A stretch of 64,000 nucleotides of DNA from Octopus vulgaris. Taxonomy: Eukaryota. Location: assembly GCA_951406725.2 (NCBI GenBank), contig OX597824.1, positions 60,078,001 through 60,142,000 of the forward strand, written 5' to 3'. The translations under genes were made by a program, and so were the position numbers. This document shows, one piece after another, positions 27,390 to 40,339 of the stretch. Position 1 is the stretch's first letter. Each line of letters opens with the position of its first letter. The notes under the pieces are model-generated. The model worked only from the letters and a program-made list of their open reading frames with translations. It was not told the DNA's origin and did no database searches.

Positions 27390-27608
27390 AAGGCGGTGAG
27401 CTGGCAGAAGCGTTAGCACGCCGGGCGAAATACTTAGCAGTATTTCGTCTGCTGCTATGTTCTGATTTCAAATTCTGCCAAGGTCGACTTTGCCTTTCAT
27501 CCTTTCAGGGTTGATAAATTAAGTACCAGTTATGCACTGGGGTCGATATAATCAACTTAATCTGTTTGTCCTCTCTGTGTGTAGTCCCTTGTGGGCAATA
27601 AAGAAATA
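27390..27608 (+). mobile_element. tRNA-derived SINE (family A) with 18-bp TSD
   Basis: A-box-like tggcagaagcgttagc, B-box-like gatttcaaattc, core gactttgcctttcatcctttcagggttgataaattaagtaccag. TSD agaactatacgactgata at 27372-27389 and 27609-27626. Confidence 0.9.
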
Positions 27609-29149
27609 AGAACTATACGACTGATATGATGAATGATAAATCTCTTTAGATCACCATATAACTAGTGTAACTAGGGATGCCATGACACCTCTCTCATTCT
27701 TATCAACCTAGCTCTCTTACAATTTTGAGTTAAGTACCTAAGGAACCTGATCAGATCTGCATATACACCATACAACTAATCACCACTGACCATTTGGTAT
27801 CAACACCCATCACTCACTCTCACCATTTATCCACTTCCTACTATCTCTCTTTTTCTTACTCTTATACCCCTCTAGTGCAGGTGCCACTATAAATTACACC
27901 CAGTACACTCTACTATGTGTATGGTTGTGAGCACCTTGAGGAGATAACCTTTGCAGAGTCAGTACCCAGTACATTCTGTGAAGTGGTTGGTAGTACGAAG
28001 GGTATCCAGCAGTGGAAACCAAGCCAAAAACTTACAAGCAAAATGTAGTCCATCCAATATTACATTTGTTTACAGTTGACAACACGTGCTGTCACGCACA
28101 AAATGACAACTTCCAAATCCAGTTTTCGCACTGGGTAAAAATGATCAAACTTTAAACCTCTGTAACGGTTTTAAAATTATTTTCTGGAAAAAGTTAAATA
28201 TCTCCCTAGATTCAGCGTGGAAAATTACATCAATATACCAAATTTTAAAATTTCCACAGGTACAGCCAAACAAAAGATTCCATACATGTGTGTGTCATAT
28301 AGATCGATGGAGTTGTGTTTCTAAATGAAGGTATTTTAGATAGGATTCTACATCATGTTGCTATGACTGCCATTCAATAGACTAGTTCTATAACAAGATT
28401 TATTATTACATAAATATATATTAAACGTCTGTGTATGTATTTCGTATACATACACATATACACATCAATGCATGTGCATTTCTTTGTATATGTATACACG
28501 CACCTACACACACATTAAACTAACTACAAATCCATTTATTTGTGGTATATATTTATAGAACAAATATAATAGAACCTCAAAAGGATAAATAAAAAAAAAG
28601 ACAGGCAGGTGAAGCTGATATACAGTTTGGTTATGTCCTATTTTAATGTCTTACTGAAAACTGCGAAAAATTGTGTGAAGTCATAAAAAATTCGAAATGG
28701 AAACAACGAAATGTACTTTGTTTTTTCTTCATCTATACTGGCACAAGAATACATATTTATTCAAAAAAATTTTACCTTCATTTCAATCGCCTTTTATATT
28801 GCGAAATAATACAAAGGCTTTCCATAAATATTTGGCAACACACGGTTCGATTAATGATAAAACAGATATAGTGTTTTAATCTTAAAGATATAGTGTTTAT
28901 CAGTATTTCTGTTACCATACACTCTTTACGTAAATGGTCCTTCGTTAGTTTTTGACAATCATCAGGTACACATCAAAGAGTCCATAGTAGGAGATACTGA
29001 AAAGTGACAGCCAACAGAAAAGATCCACACGATGAAGACTCCTATCTAAAATACCTTCATGTAGAAACACAACTCCGTCGATACTCGGAGTTTATAATCT
29101 ATGTGACACACAAACGTATGCAAGTTCTCTGTAATTTAGAGTAAATTTT

Positions 29150-29690
29150 GACCGGCCACCTACTCGGTAGCAAGACTGAAGCCATCTGGTTTGTCGTTTG
29201 TGTACGTAAACAACGACCTCCAGTCCAAAATCCCTAAACACAAGCTATATTCTTCCCTTAATTGATAAATAAATCATCATTTTGTATAAATGACTTTAAA
29301 GATTAATTAGAGTTCATTATCTTTTTTTTTTTCCTATGGTTTATTTTATAAACATAAAACAGTCCATCTACAACAGTTTGTAGACATTTGTATAAATTAA
29401 TACTTTATGAGCCAATAAAGAAGCCAGTGATTTTTAAGACTAATTAAACTGACTTAATTACAGAGAATATTTATCCCCACTCAAACTATACTGCGGTAAA
29501 TATCATGAAAAGAAACTCGTACTGGCTTTTGGTCTAAAGTGCAGTCTTGTTTATGATGTATTTTATAAACAGTAACCACAATACTTTAGAATATTGGTAG
29601 ACATTCAAAGATTCCAGCATGTCATTTCTTCGTTAATCCTTTGTTTTATGTGGAAAGTCGTTGTTTACGTACCGACTCGACATGTTTACT
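29150..29690. repeat. MITE-like element with nested imperfect inverted repeats
   Basis: gtacgtaaacaacgac (~29202) / gtcgttgtttacgtac (~29657), plus inner inverted segments. Confidence 0.55.
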
Positions 29691-29700
29691 ACACACACAC

Positions 29701-29734
<34 letters not shown>

Positions 29735-29736
<2 letters not shown>

Positions 29737-29884
29737 GGAGTAAACACATAAATGTGAAACAAGGTGGAAAAAAGAGTACTCAAATACCAGTGGTAAAGTA
29801 ATATGCTTTATTTAAAGCAGCAGAAAATTCAACAAAACCTGTTACTCTGAGTTTCCCGTTGCCGTTCATCGGACAGTTTTTGCT
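29735..29884 (-). mobile_element. Short element inside (TA)n with hammerhead-like core
   Basis: Flanked by (TA)n on both sides. Minus strand ctgt-CCGATGA-acg gcaa cgg-GAAACTC a GAGTA-acag at 29839-29876. Confidence 0.6.
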
Positions 29885-30317
29885 ATATATATATATATAT
29901 GTCGTACACCATTCCTTCGTGTGATTGGTTTGAAAAATTAAGTTATTAAGATATTTTTTCTTAACATGAAACCGACGGTAGCCTTAATACACAAATCTAT
30001 ATATATGTGAAAGAATACTTCCTTCTCTATATATTACACACAGATATACATACGTGTATGTATGTATATATATACACACACACACTTGTGAGGGTGTGAG
30101 CATGTGTATAATGAAAATGTTGAGAAAGGCATGGACATCTCAACTGCTGCACAAACATGTGTTAAGTGCGTGTTTATGTTTTCTGACATCAATTCCTTAA
30201 AACCTAAAGCAATGTGGGAGGAAGATTGTCAGTTAGGAGGTTTAAATATTGTTGTTAATATTTACAAGAGTGATTAATGAAGGTAGCTACAAATGTAATT
30301 AATGGAAGCAGTCTTAC

Positions 30318-30428
30318 CTCGCTGACTTCGTAGCCACCCCAGACACACATAAAATTGCCAAAGCAAGCAACCAGATGACCAGCACGGGCGGAAATCTCCT
30401 GAAATTTGCCAGTTTTAGGGGGATTCAT
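30318..30428 (-). CDS. KLHDC2: Kelch domain-containing protein 2-like (KLHDC1/2 family), coding exon 1
   Basis: ATG at 30428. Encodes MNPPKTGKFQEISARAGHLVACFGNFMCVWGGYEVSE, resembling human KLHDC2 ERSGHVAV..MFVWGGY. Donor GAG|GTAAGA, phase 0. Confidence 0.9.
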
Positions 30429-33400
30429 TAGGGATGAGAGAGTTGAAGATGAAGAAATGCACAATGAAGGTGACTGTTCATGTCTAAATAGGAGAAATAG
30501 AGAAGGTGAGAGAAAGAGGGAGGGAGAAATAGAGAGAGGTGGAAGGAGATACAGACAGAGGTGTAAGAATGATAGACAGAGGTGGAGAGAGAAGAGGTGA
30601 GAAAGAAAGGATGAAATATAGACTGAGTGAGAGTGAGAGGATAAAAGAAATGAAAGAGGAGGTGAGAGACATAAGACTGTAAGTTGTAAATATGACAGAG
30701 CTGTTTCGTCAAGACTCATAGACAGCGATAACCCAGCATATATATATATATATATTTATGAAGGGTTATCGCTGTCTATGTGTCTTATATATATACACAC
30801 ACACATATATATATAAGATAAACTTACTTGGAAATGGATGCGTGGTGTGTGTTTATATATTGTAAAGCATATATTCGAAGTTGTAGAGCTACAATTTTTC
30901 GTAGACGTGTAACTGTGATTGTGTGTAAGTAGATAAATGCAAAGATTTACTCTAACTGCAAATGTGACAGTTCTACGTGGTCGACTAGAAACAGCAGCTA
31001 AATTTTTCACTACTACTTACTACCTTAAAAACATACACATTGAATTATAGTTGTTCAACGTATACTGCCCCTAGAAACAAAAATGAGGGAAGGTCATGAT
31101 TGGTATTTCTTCGATCATAAGTGGCGTGTTTAGATCAGAGCTGACTAGAGGAGGTTAAACAAGAACGAGTAGCTGTTAAACAACGGGATCAAACAATATA
31201 AATGGCAAGAGAACGAGTGAAATTGGTTTCAAATTTTGGCACACGGCCAGCAACTTCGGGGGAGGGAGTCAGTCAGCTATATCGACTCCGTGTTCAACTG
31301 GTACTTATTTTACCAAACCCGAAAGGATGAAAAGCAAAATCAACCTCGGTGGCATTTGAACTCAGACGAAATGCTGTTAAGCATTTTACCCGACGTGCTA
31401 CTGCCAGCTTGCTGTCTTGGGAGTACAAGCAATATAAACAAGAGTAACAGTAATACTAAGAATAATCACAAGAAATCCAGTTTCACGTGGCAATTTAGTC
31501 ACGTCTACTGGTTTATCTTGGAGCAGAAGATGGGAGAGTACCCATAGCCTTCTAAATCGTTGAGGTGAATTAGGTTGATGGGAGTTTTCAGTGTGTTGGA
31601 GTGGATAGGAAAGACCGGATAGTTTTAGTGTGTGTTCGGAGGGGGTGACACTGTTTGAACGAAGATAGAGGGGAGGAGGAGGCGATGGTATAGAGGAGAA
31701 TATAGTGTGTCCAAGACAGAGGGCTGGTATAGCAAGTTTTTAGGGTTAATAAATCGTTGTTACATGGCTGGATAAAATCTCACCTGTTGTTAAGTTAGTT
31801 TAATGTAGTGATCATTACAATTAAAATTTAAAATATTAATGCAGTAAAGAAAAAAAAACAATGTTTAATATTCTAATAATTTTGATTAAGTATGTAAGAG
31901 TTCCAGACACGTTTTTTAAATTTATTCTCAAATCTCCTTAACTAAGCTAATACTTCACCATACTTGGAAGTAACTCTGAATTCCAAACTTACTTTTTAAA
32001 ATATATAATAAATCACTACATTTAATTACTAATGGTGCTTCTGTGTAATTAAACTTAAGGGTATACAAAGTTTGTTGTTAGAGAGAGAGAGAGCACAGGC
32101 AGTTAGTGGTTTAATGATTGTAAGAATATTGCTAGGTAAATACCAATTGGCAAGATGATTTATTGGATATATGCAGAAAGGCTGTAATTGAACAGTGCTC
32201 TAATCAAAGACATTCCAATCATGATCAACCCATTTATTTTATCTTCAGAAATAGTGATTTTAGGTGTATATTAGCCAATGTCTTTTCTTGAGATGGTAGG
32301 ATGTGGATTGAGGAAGATTTGGCTGTTAATTTGGGCAAGTAGAGAGTATCAGAAGGTTATTTTCTCCTTGCAATATGGATAGTGTTCTTACCTTGAGCAC
32401 AAACATCATTATGTATGGTTCAAAGGCAGCGAACTGGACAAAATGTATAGCAGTATTTTGTGCATCTTTATGTTCTGAGTTCAAATTCTGCTGAGGTTGG
32501 CTTTACCTTTCATCCTTTCAAGGTTTTGATCACTGGGGTTGATGTAATCAACCTACCCCTTCCTCCAAAATTGCTGGCCTTGTGCCAAAATTTGAAAGCA
32601 TGAATATGCATGAGTCACCTTGTGGATGTTGGATCACAGACTATAATTGTATGAGATATTATCACCATCCTTATTTAAGGTTCATATTCCATGCTGGCAT
32701 GGGTTGAATGGTCTGACCGGATACAATGCATTCTAAGACTATATCATGCTCCATTGTCTACTTTGGTATGGTTTCTGCAGCTGGATGCCCTTCCTAATGC
32801 CAACCACTTACAAAGTATACTGCTTATTTTTTTCATGCCACCAGCACTAGTGAGGTTACCAAGCAACCTTCAAGACTAAGATCTCCTTTGACTGAGTGGC
32901 ACTACAGGAGAGAGGTGAGCAGCTTTATGCTATGAGATGACGGATTAAAGTGAGGGCCAGAATAGAACAGATTTCTCACTGCAGAGAATAAATACCAGGC
33001 TTAAAAAAGTACTGGGGTCAATTCAAGGCAGTGCCCCAGCATGGCCACAGTCTAATGACTGAAACAAGTAAAAGATAAATGATAACAATAAATACAAGCT
33101 ACTCACATTTTAGAGGAGAGGTTGGGGTGGAATTGGAAAGAGATAAAAGTAGTAGTCACTTGGTGTACCTTCAAGATACAAAGGGAGTTGAAGTGACTGG
33201 GGCCAAGAGAACCAGAAGTGTAGCTGCGTAGAGTCTGCAAGAGTGTATGGAAGAGTAAAAGATAGTGAGAAATAGGGAATGGGTGAGAGGGTGAGTTTAA
33301 TGAAGAACAAGTGTTGTGGGATGATAAGTGGGGAAGAAGGAACAGTAAATGACAATTGTAGAAATTGGAGAAAGGTGGTGAAGAAGACTAACAGTGTAGG

Positions 33401-34229
33401 AAAAAAGGGAGAAAAACTGCAGAATAGGTATGCAGAAGAGAATAACAAAACCGTTTTTATTCCCAATGCATGGCACCTAGGGCAAGTGTCTTCTACTACA
33501 GCCTTGGGCCAACCAAAACCTTGTGAATGGATTTGGTAGATGGAAACTGAAGGAAGCCCATAGTATATAAATATATATGAGTGTGTCTTTGTGTCCATGT
33601 CTGTCTTCTCGACCCCTCCCTCACCGCTTGACAAACAGTGTAGGTGTGTTTACTTCCTGGTAACTTAGTGGTTTGCAAAAGAGACCAGCAGAATAAATAT
33701 CAAGCTTAAAAATGTACTGGGGTTGATTCAAGGTGATGCTCCAAGATGGCTACAGTCTAATGACTGAAGCTAGTAAAAGATAAACATAAATAGCTAATTT
33801 AAATTTTTTCCAATGGCTCGATCACAAGACTGATTTGTTGACAACAGCATGATTAGTTATAAATTTTCCACAGATCCATTACTGGATCAAATTGTGGTCA
33901 ATATATCATTAGTTACATATTTCCAGTTGAACAATTAGTGATTAATAGCATCATTAATGATAGATTTCCAGTACATCAATCACTGGATCAAACAATTTCT
34001 GTCATGGAAGCATTTGTATCTTACATTATGATGTAAAATTTACATATTTTAGCAATAAGAGAAAGTAGATATTCATATTGTATATTCCAGGAATCTTTTA
34101 TCTTTCTACTTACTTCAGTCAGAAGACTTCAGCCATGTTGGGACACTGCCTTGAAGAATTTTAGTCAAATAAATCAGCTCCAGTACACATTATTCCCAAG
34201 CCTAAAGCTTGATCGAAATTCTTACATTC

Positions 34230-34790
34230 TCCCAGTTTCCTGTAATTCAGACCACCTCATGGTCCCAGCAGACAAAGTGGAAAAGTTTTTGCTCCAGAGG
34301 AAAGTGAGGGAGATGTGCTGGAGCAGCTACTCACAGGACTTACACTTGCAGATAACCATCTCTGCCCTGATAACGGTGAGCAGGAGTATGGTCTAGGGGC
34401 TGAGAAAACCAGAGGTCTCTACTACCTGAGGCTCAACTATAAACCTGTCAGAGAGCAAACAATACTTTAACAGGTTGCTTTTCTCAGCCTGATGAGCAAT
34501 GGAGCCTGGGCTGGTAACTGAATACACCAAGTTGCCACTGGAGAAGGTGTCACAGCAAGTAACATCGCCATGGAATGGGAAAATTGTCAAACATCAGGCC
34601 TTTTACTGTTCTTTTGGTCTAACCTTGCTGGTTTGAGTTGGGAAGAGAAGCCTGCAGTGTCTAAGCCATGCTTTATGATTTTGTTAAGGGTGGCATGGTG
34701 TGGAAGGTGACCAACACTATAATGGCATGACAATAGGTGAAGGCCAAAAGAATTCACAGTGCATCCACAGTGGCATTTGTGTAAATCAAT
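34230..34790 (-). mobile_element. CRE-like LINE C-terminal (CCHC + restriction-like endonuclease) fragment
   Basis: CHCGCTVNSFGLHLLSC..HHATLN, KRPD, DVTCCDTF, IVEPQVVETSG. Confidence 0.65.
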
Positions 34791-35699
34791 GAACTTAGTT
34801 TTCCAATGTACACATCCCTCACTGATTTACAACAAAAGTTATAAACATGTAAACACAGACAAATAAATTGACATGAATGCATGTGCACACACATACACAC
34901 ACACACACACACATGGAGTGGTTGGTGTTAGGAAGGGCATCCGGCTGTAGAAACCATGCCAAAACTGACAATGGGATCTGGTGCAGACTCTGGCTTTACC
35001 AGCTCCAGGCAAACTGTCCAACTCACACCAGCATGGAAAGCGGACATTAAATGATTATAATGATGATGACGATGATAAATATGTGCAAGCATAGCTGTGT
35101 GGTTTAGAAGCTGCTTTCCAACCATGTGGTGCATGTTACCTTGGGCAATTTGTCTTCTATTACAGCCCTTGGCCAACCAAAGCTTTGTGAATGGATATAG
35201 TAGAAAGACACTGAAAGCCCATCATGTATACACATACATATGTGTGTGTGTACCCTTGTACTGACCTCGTGTGTTGGCTGTAAACAAGCAAAACTGCCAT
35301 AGAAGTAATGTTAGTTTTCAGTCCTCTGAAAACCTCTGATGGAGAAATATTACCTTGCTTGGAAATAAGTCAGAGATGGTAACAGGAAGAGAAAGTCTGC
35401 CTCAATGAACTGTGACTGACCAATGCAACTGTGGAAAAGTGGATGTTAAAATGACGATGATAATGAGGATGATGATTTCTACCTTACTGACTATTCCTCT
35501 TTCTTAGTTCCTTTATGTTTTCCTCCTCCTTCTGATGGAGGACAAATATGAAATGTTAGATACTTTCTCTTTCCATTAAAGCATTAAGCTTATACCATAT
35601 TTGTTGAACCTTGACCCTCTTGTGTTGACATTGAGAAAAATTTTATTTACATTGAACTTAACAACAAAAATTATGGGTCTATAATGCTGTTTTCATTTC

Positions 35700-36290
35700 A
35701 ATCTTGCTATATGCTGTGAAACCTGAACTCTGTATATTGACGCAACATTCAAAAATTAGAACGCTTTCACCAACAAAAGCTTCATGCGATCTTGAGCATC
35801 AAATGGGAACACTATGTCACCAACAACAAAGTCCTGGAAGGTCCAACTATTAAAACATCAAATCACTGATCAAGAAACACTGTCTTCAGTGGTCAGGATA
35901 TGTAGCAATAACTGAAGAGTCAAGTCTAATTCAGCAAGCTCACTTTAGGGAAAAGACCATGGGGTTGCTCTCTTCAAATATACAAACACCAACTCAAAAC
36001 AACCCTGAAATCCACAGGATTTGAGCCTAAATCATTTGAAACACAAGCCCGAGACCTGTACCAAGTGGAAGTGTTCTGTCACTATGGGAATCAAAATCTT
36101 TGAAGCCATCAGAAGAGAAAATAAAGAAATTAAATGACAGGAGAGAAAGGCTTGACAAAATCAAACATTGTCCTCCACCAACAATATCATGAAGTCAATG
36201 CCATCAACTCTTCTATGCAAGAATCAATGTCAATACCATAAAGGAAGCATTCAGCAAAGAAGTAACTAAATTCTCAGAAATGAGATAAAG
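35700..36290 (+). mobile_element. Degenerate RTE/BovB-like LINE fragment
   Basis: LERFHQQKLHAILSIKWEHYVTNNKVLE..HCLQWSGYV in broken frames. Confidence 0.6.
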
Positions 36291-37009
36291 CTGCTACTGA
36301 TGGCGATACACACACACATACACATCCAGCTCAATTCCCCATCTTTATCCATCTTACCTATCCACCCATCCACCTTCTTAAACCTCTTTCTTATTCACCC
36401 TTGTACCTTGAAAGTATACTCTCACTATCTCTCTCTCCCTTTTCAGTTGGAGAAGCCATGTATTTCCTCTTCAGCAAGACACCTGTTCTTATCCCTCAAT
36501 ATTATACCTCCAACTCAGTTGAGGGGTTTTAGCTTACAAATTACTTGGTAACTCAAATTGTACTAATGTTACACACACACAAAAAAAGCACCTGGTACAT
36601 GCTATAAAGTGGTTGATGTCAGGTAGGGAGGGTGTCCAGCTGTTGAAACCATGCCAAAACAAACATTTGAGTTAGGCACAGTCCTCTGGCTCATCAGTTC
36701 CATGCCTGCATGGAAAATGGATGTTAAGCAATGATGATGATCTGTACATCATCATTATTTTCGTTTAACATCCATGTTCCATGCTAGCTTGGATCAGACA
36801 GTTTGACTGGGGACAGTAATCAACTAGCCTACAGCATCAAAATTTCAGGCCTTGTGCCTATAGAAGAATACTATTATTTTCATCCTTTAAGGGTTAATAA
36901 AAGTGCCACTTGAACAGTGTGGTGGATGTAATCTACTAACCTCTCACCCTGAAACTGCTGACTTCGCTAAAATTTGGAACATCATTATTATTATTAAGGT
37001 GGCAACTAT

Positions 37010-38241
37010 TGTGTGTCAAAGGAGCATGCAATATCAATAGAGCACATGTAGTCCACCTTGGCCACCAACACAAGGTCTGGCTTGATGTGCTCAAGCACCA
37101 GGTTTGTTTGGGTTGAGAAATCTCGCAGGATTTTGCAACTCTCTGACTCCACTTCTCTCTGTGGTTTGTGCTTATACCATATGTCGTCTATGTCTAGCCC
37201 CCACTTTTCACAAAGTTTTCAATGTAGCATTTTTGCTACCTCATTGTGTTGCCACAACTTGTAATGGTTTTTGGGTAAGTGAAGAGCATTCATTCATGAT
37301 ATGGGCAATGGTTTTGTCAACTCTATTACAGATTTGGCATAGTGGAGACACTTGCTCATTCCTAAGTTTAACCCTCCAATTTGTGACCAAAGCATGGTCT
37401 TGCACTGCCAGAATTGTGCTCCTGGTCTCCTTTTTCCGTGTTCCCCTCTTCAACCAGTCCTACCTATGTTTTCTGCCAACTTCAGTTTTGGCCACATGGA
37501 ACTTATTGTGTAGTCTCTTGTCGCATAGTGCTTCATCATGTTCTTTATGTTTTGATCATTTCTTTTTCCCTAATTTCAATTTGCCCTCATCTCTAACTGC
37601 CCCTAGCAAGGTTTCCTCACCGTAGGATAGATACCTTAGCAGGTTCCCAAGTTCAATATGCACACAGTTTTTCACACTTATCAGTCTCCTTCCCCCAATT
37701 TCTCTCTTCATGTATAAGTGATCAGTGTCTGCATGTGGATGATGAGCTCTGTGCATTGTTAGGAGCTTTCTTGTCTTCCTACCGACTCTTTTCTGTCCAC
37801 TTCAGAATTCCAACACTATACTAAACCACAGCAACTGCATGTGAGTTTATTGCTGAAATTATGTTTCTCACATTCAACTTTGAATTCAATATTTTCCTCA
37901 ATCACTGCAAATACTCTTTTGGTGTCTTTTCTTTCATACCATTACAATTAATTCCATCTGACTCAAGTATTCCCAGATATTTATATTGGAATTCAGGTTT
38001 AATTGTCTTCATCATTTTACCACTTGGCATACATATATCTTCTTTTCTGACAAATTCTTCTCATCTCATCACCATTACAGCATATTTTAAAAGTCTAAAC
38101 TTCATCTTAATAGTTGTGAAAATCTGCACAGACTGGACTAGATTGTCCAATTCTGTCTCACTTTTTATGAACAACTTCAAATCATCCATGAATAGTAGGT
38201 GGTTAAGATTTCCATTACCACTCCCCAGATCATACCCCAAC

Positions 38242-38242
<1 letters not shown>
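37010..38242 (-). mobile_element. R4/Dong-like LINE RT/zinc-knuckle/RLE fragment
   Basis: HLLFMDDLKLF; HHPHADTDHLYMKREIGGRRL; TILAVQDHAL..CQICNRVDKTIAHIMNEC; KILRDF..PDLVLV. Adjacent to (TAT)n. Confidence 0.8.
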
Positions 38243-38272
<30 letters not shown>

Positions 38273-38311
38273 CATCATCATCATCATCATCATTATTATT
38301 ATTTTTATTAA

Positions 38312-40185
38312 AGGTGGTGAGCTGGTAGAATCATTAGGATGCTGGACAAACTGCTTAGAGACATTTCATCTGTCTTTACATTCTGAGTTCAAATCTCACT
38401 GAGGCCAACTTGACCTTTCATTTTTTTAGGGTCAATAAATTAAGTACCAGTCAAGTACTGGGATCGATGTAATTGACTATCTCCGACTCCAAAATGTCAG
38501 GCCTTGTGCCTGTAGTAGAAACGATTACTATTATTATTTAAGACAGTGAGCTGGCACAATTGTTAGCACACTGGGCAGAATGCTTAGCAACATTTTGTCT
38601 GTTTTTATGTTCTGAGTTTAAATTTTGCTAAGCACTTTGGGGGTCAATAAAATAAGTACAAGCTGGTAACAAAAAGTTCCCAGACTAGTTAAGGTTGATA
38701 AAAAAAAATGACTTATTTACCTAAGTTTTAACATCATCTCCTTCAAAACAGCAAAACATCAGTGCCAGTGTTCCTGTCACTTTTGGAATCCGGCCTGGAA
38801 ATAATTTTCCATAAATGAGTCAAGGACCTTCTGCAATTTGCTCTGGATCCTGACAACAGCTTTAAAACAGTGACCTTTGAGCTGCATTTTCATCTTTGGA
38901 AAGAGATGGAAGTCAGCAGGTGCTAAATCTGGCGAATAGGGCAGGTGCAAAAGTGATACCATGTTGTTTTTGGCAAGAAACTTATGAGTGAGGAGAGTTT
39001 GGTAAAGAATCCAATTCTTTACACTCCACAGATCCAGTTGCTTTTACCAAATGTTCTCCTTCAAACACTTCAAAACATGATAAGAGAATTTCAATTGATG
39101 GTTTGGCCCTGGGAGTGAATTCTTGATGCACAATACCACATTTCCAGGGTTGATGCTTATAGCAGGTCTTCTAGATCGCTCATCATCTTCCAGGGTCGTT
39201 CTCCCATTTTTGAAGCACCTGTGCCAATGAAACATTGCATACAACTCATTGCCTCATCACCATAAGCTTACTGAAGCATGCTCAATGTCTGTAGCAGATT
39301 TCTCAAGTTTAATGCAAAATTTCACTTTGGCTTTTAGTTCCTCTCTGTCACAAAAGCACAGACTACAACATACACATGATCACAAAAACACAAATTTCAC
39401 AACTTGTGAAGTAAATACAGTGATGTCACTTGGCATACTGCTTCATGAAGGTCACAGCTAGCTCTCACTTCATACACAACCATATACTGCTATCTGTTGG
39501 CACACTACAGAACTAGTCCAGGAACTTTTTGATATCTCATACTAGTCAAGTACTGAGGATTGATGTAATCAACAACCCACCTCCCAGGAACTTGCTGGCT
39601 TTGTACCAAAATTTGAAACCATTTTTATGATTATTATTGAGGCAGTTGACTGGTAGAATCATTAGCCAGCTGGGTAAAATGTATAACAGCATTTTATCTG
39701 TCTTTATGTTCTGAGATTAAATGCCACTGAAGCTGACTTAACCTTTCATCTTTTTGGGGATCAATAAAATAAGTACCAGTTGAGTGCTGGGGTCAATCTA
39801 ATCAACTTGCTCTTCTCTCAGAACTGCTGGCCTTGTACCAAACTTTGAAACTATTATTATTATTATTATTATTACACTTGGGTTTAAATTTTGCTAGGAT
39901 TTTACATTTGGTCTTTCTATCAACTTTGTCTTTTTCTCAAAGATATGTGGCCTTGTATCCAGATAAAAAATAATCATTATTATTATTACTAAGGCAGCGA
40001 GCTGGCAGAATCATTAGCATGCCGGGCAAAATGCTTAGTGGCATTTCATCCATCTTTATATTCTGAGTTCAAACTCCACCAGGGTCGACTTTTCCTTTCA
40101 TCCTTTTGGGGTTGAAAAAATAAGTACCAGTTATGCACTGGAGTTGATGTAATTGTGTCTATAGTAGAAAGGATTATTATTATAA
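38312..40185 (+). repeat. Cluster of 4 head-to-tail family A SINEs separated by (TAT)n
   Basis: Heads ggtggtgagctgg (38312), gacagtgagctgg (~38542), ggcagttgactgg (~39641) and ggcagcgagctgg (~39993), each preceded by a TAT run. Confidence 0.8.
38659..39539 (-). mobile_element. Internally deleted mariner element with TIRs and TA target duplication, inserted in a SINE
   Basis: PYSPDLAPADFHLFPKMK and WHRCFKNGRTTLEDDERSRRP. TIRs caaaaagttcccagactagtt / aactagtccaggaactttttg; TA at 38657-58 and 39540-41; SINE core resumes after the element. Confidence 0.9.
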
Positions 40186-40339
40186 TATGAGGTAAACAAA
40201 CTCCTTAAAAATGCAGGGAGAGCTTCCATGATATTTGCAGTTTCTTTGAGCCTGTCATGGGGCAGGGAACTGAGGAAGAAGCCATAATGTGGGTTGTTAC
40301 AATAGGAAACATGTATATCGGAAAATTGACTGTCTGCAG

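Noticed and set aside
30428-30719. N-terminal extension of the 154-aa ORF 30255..30719
   Set aside because: It translates a CT-rich low-complexity tract. Homology begins after the Met at 30428, so it is more likely 5' UTR.
35520-35565. CTGATGG...GAAATGTT hammerhead-like words (similar at ~19880-19915)
   Set aside because: No convincing stem II; too degenerate to distinguish from chance.
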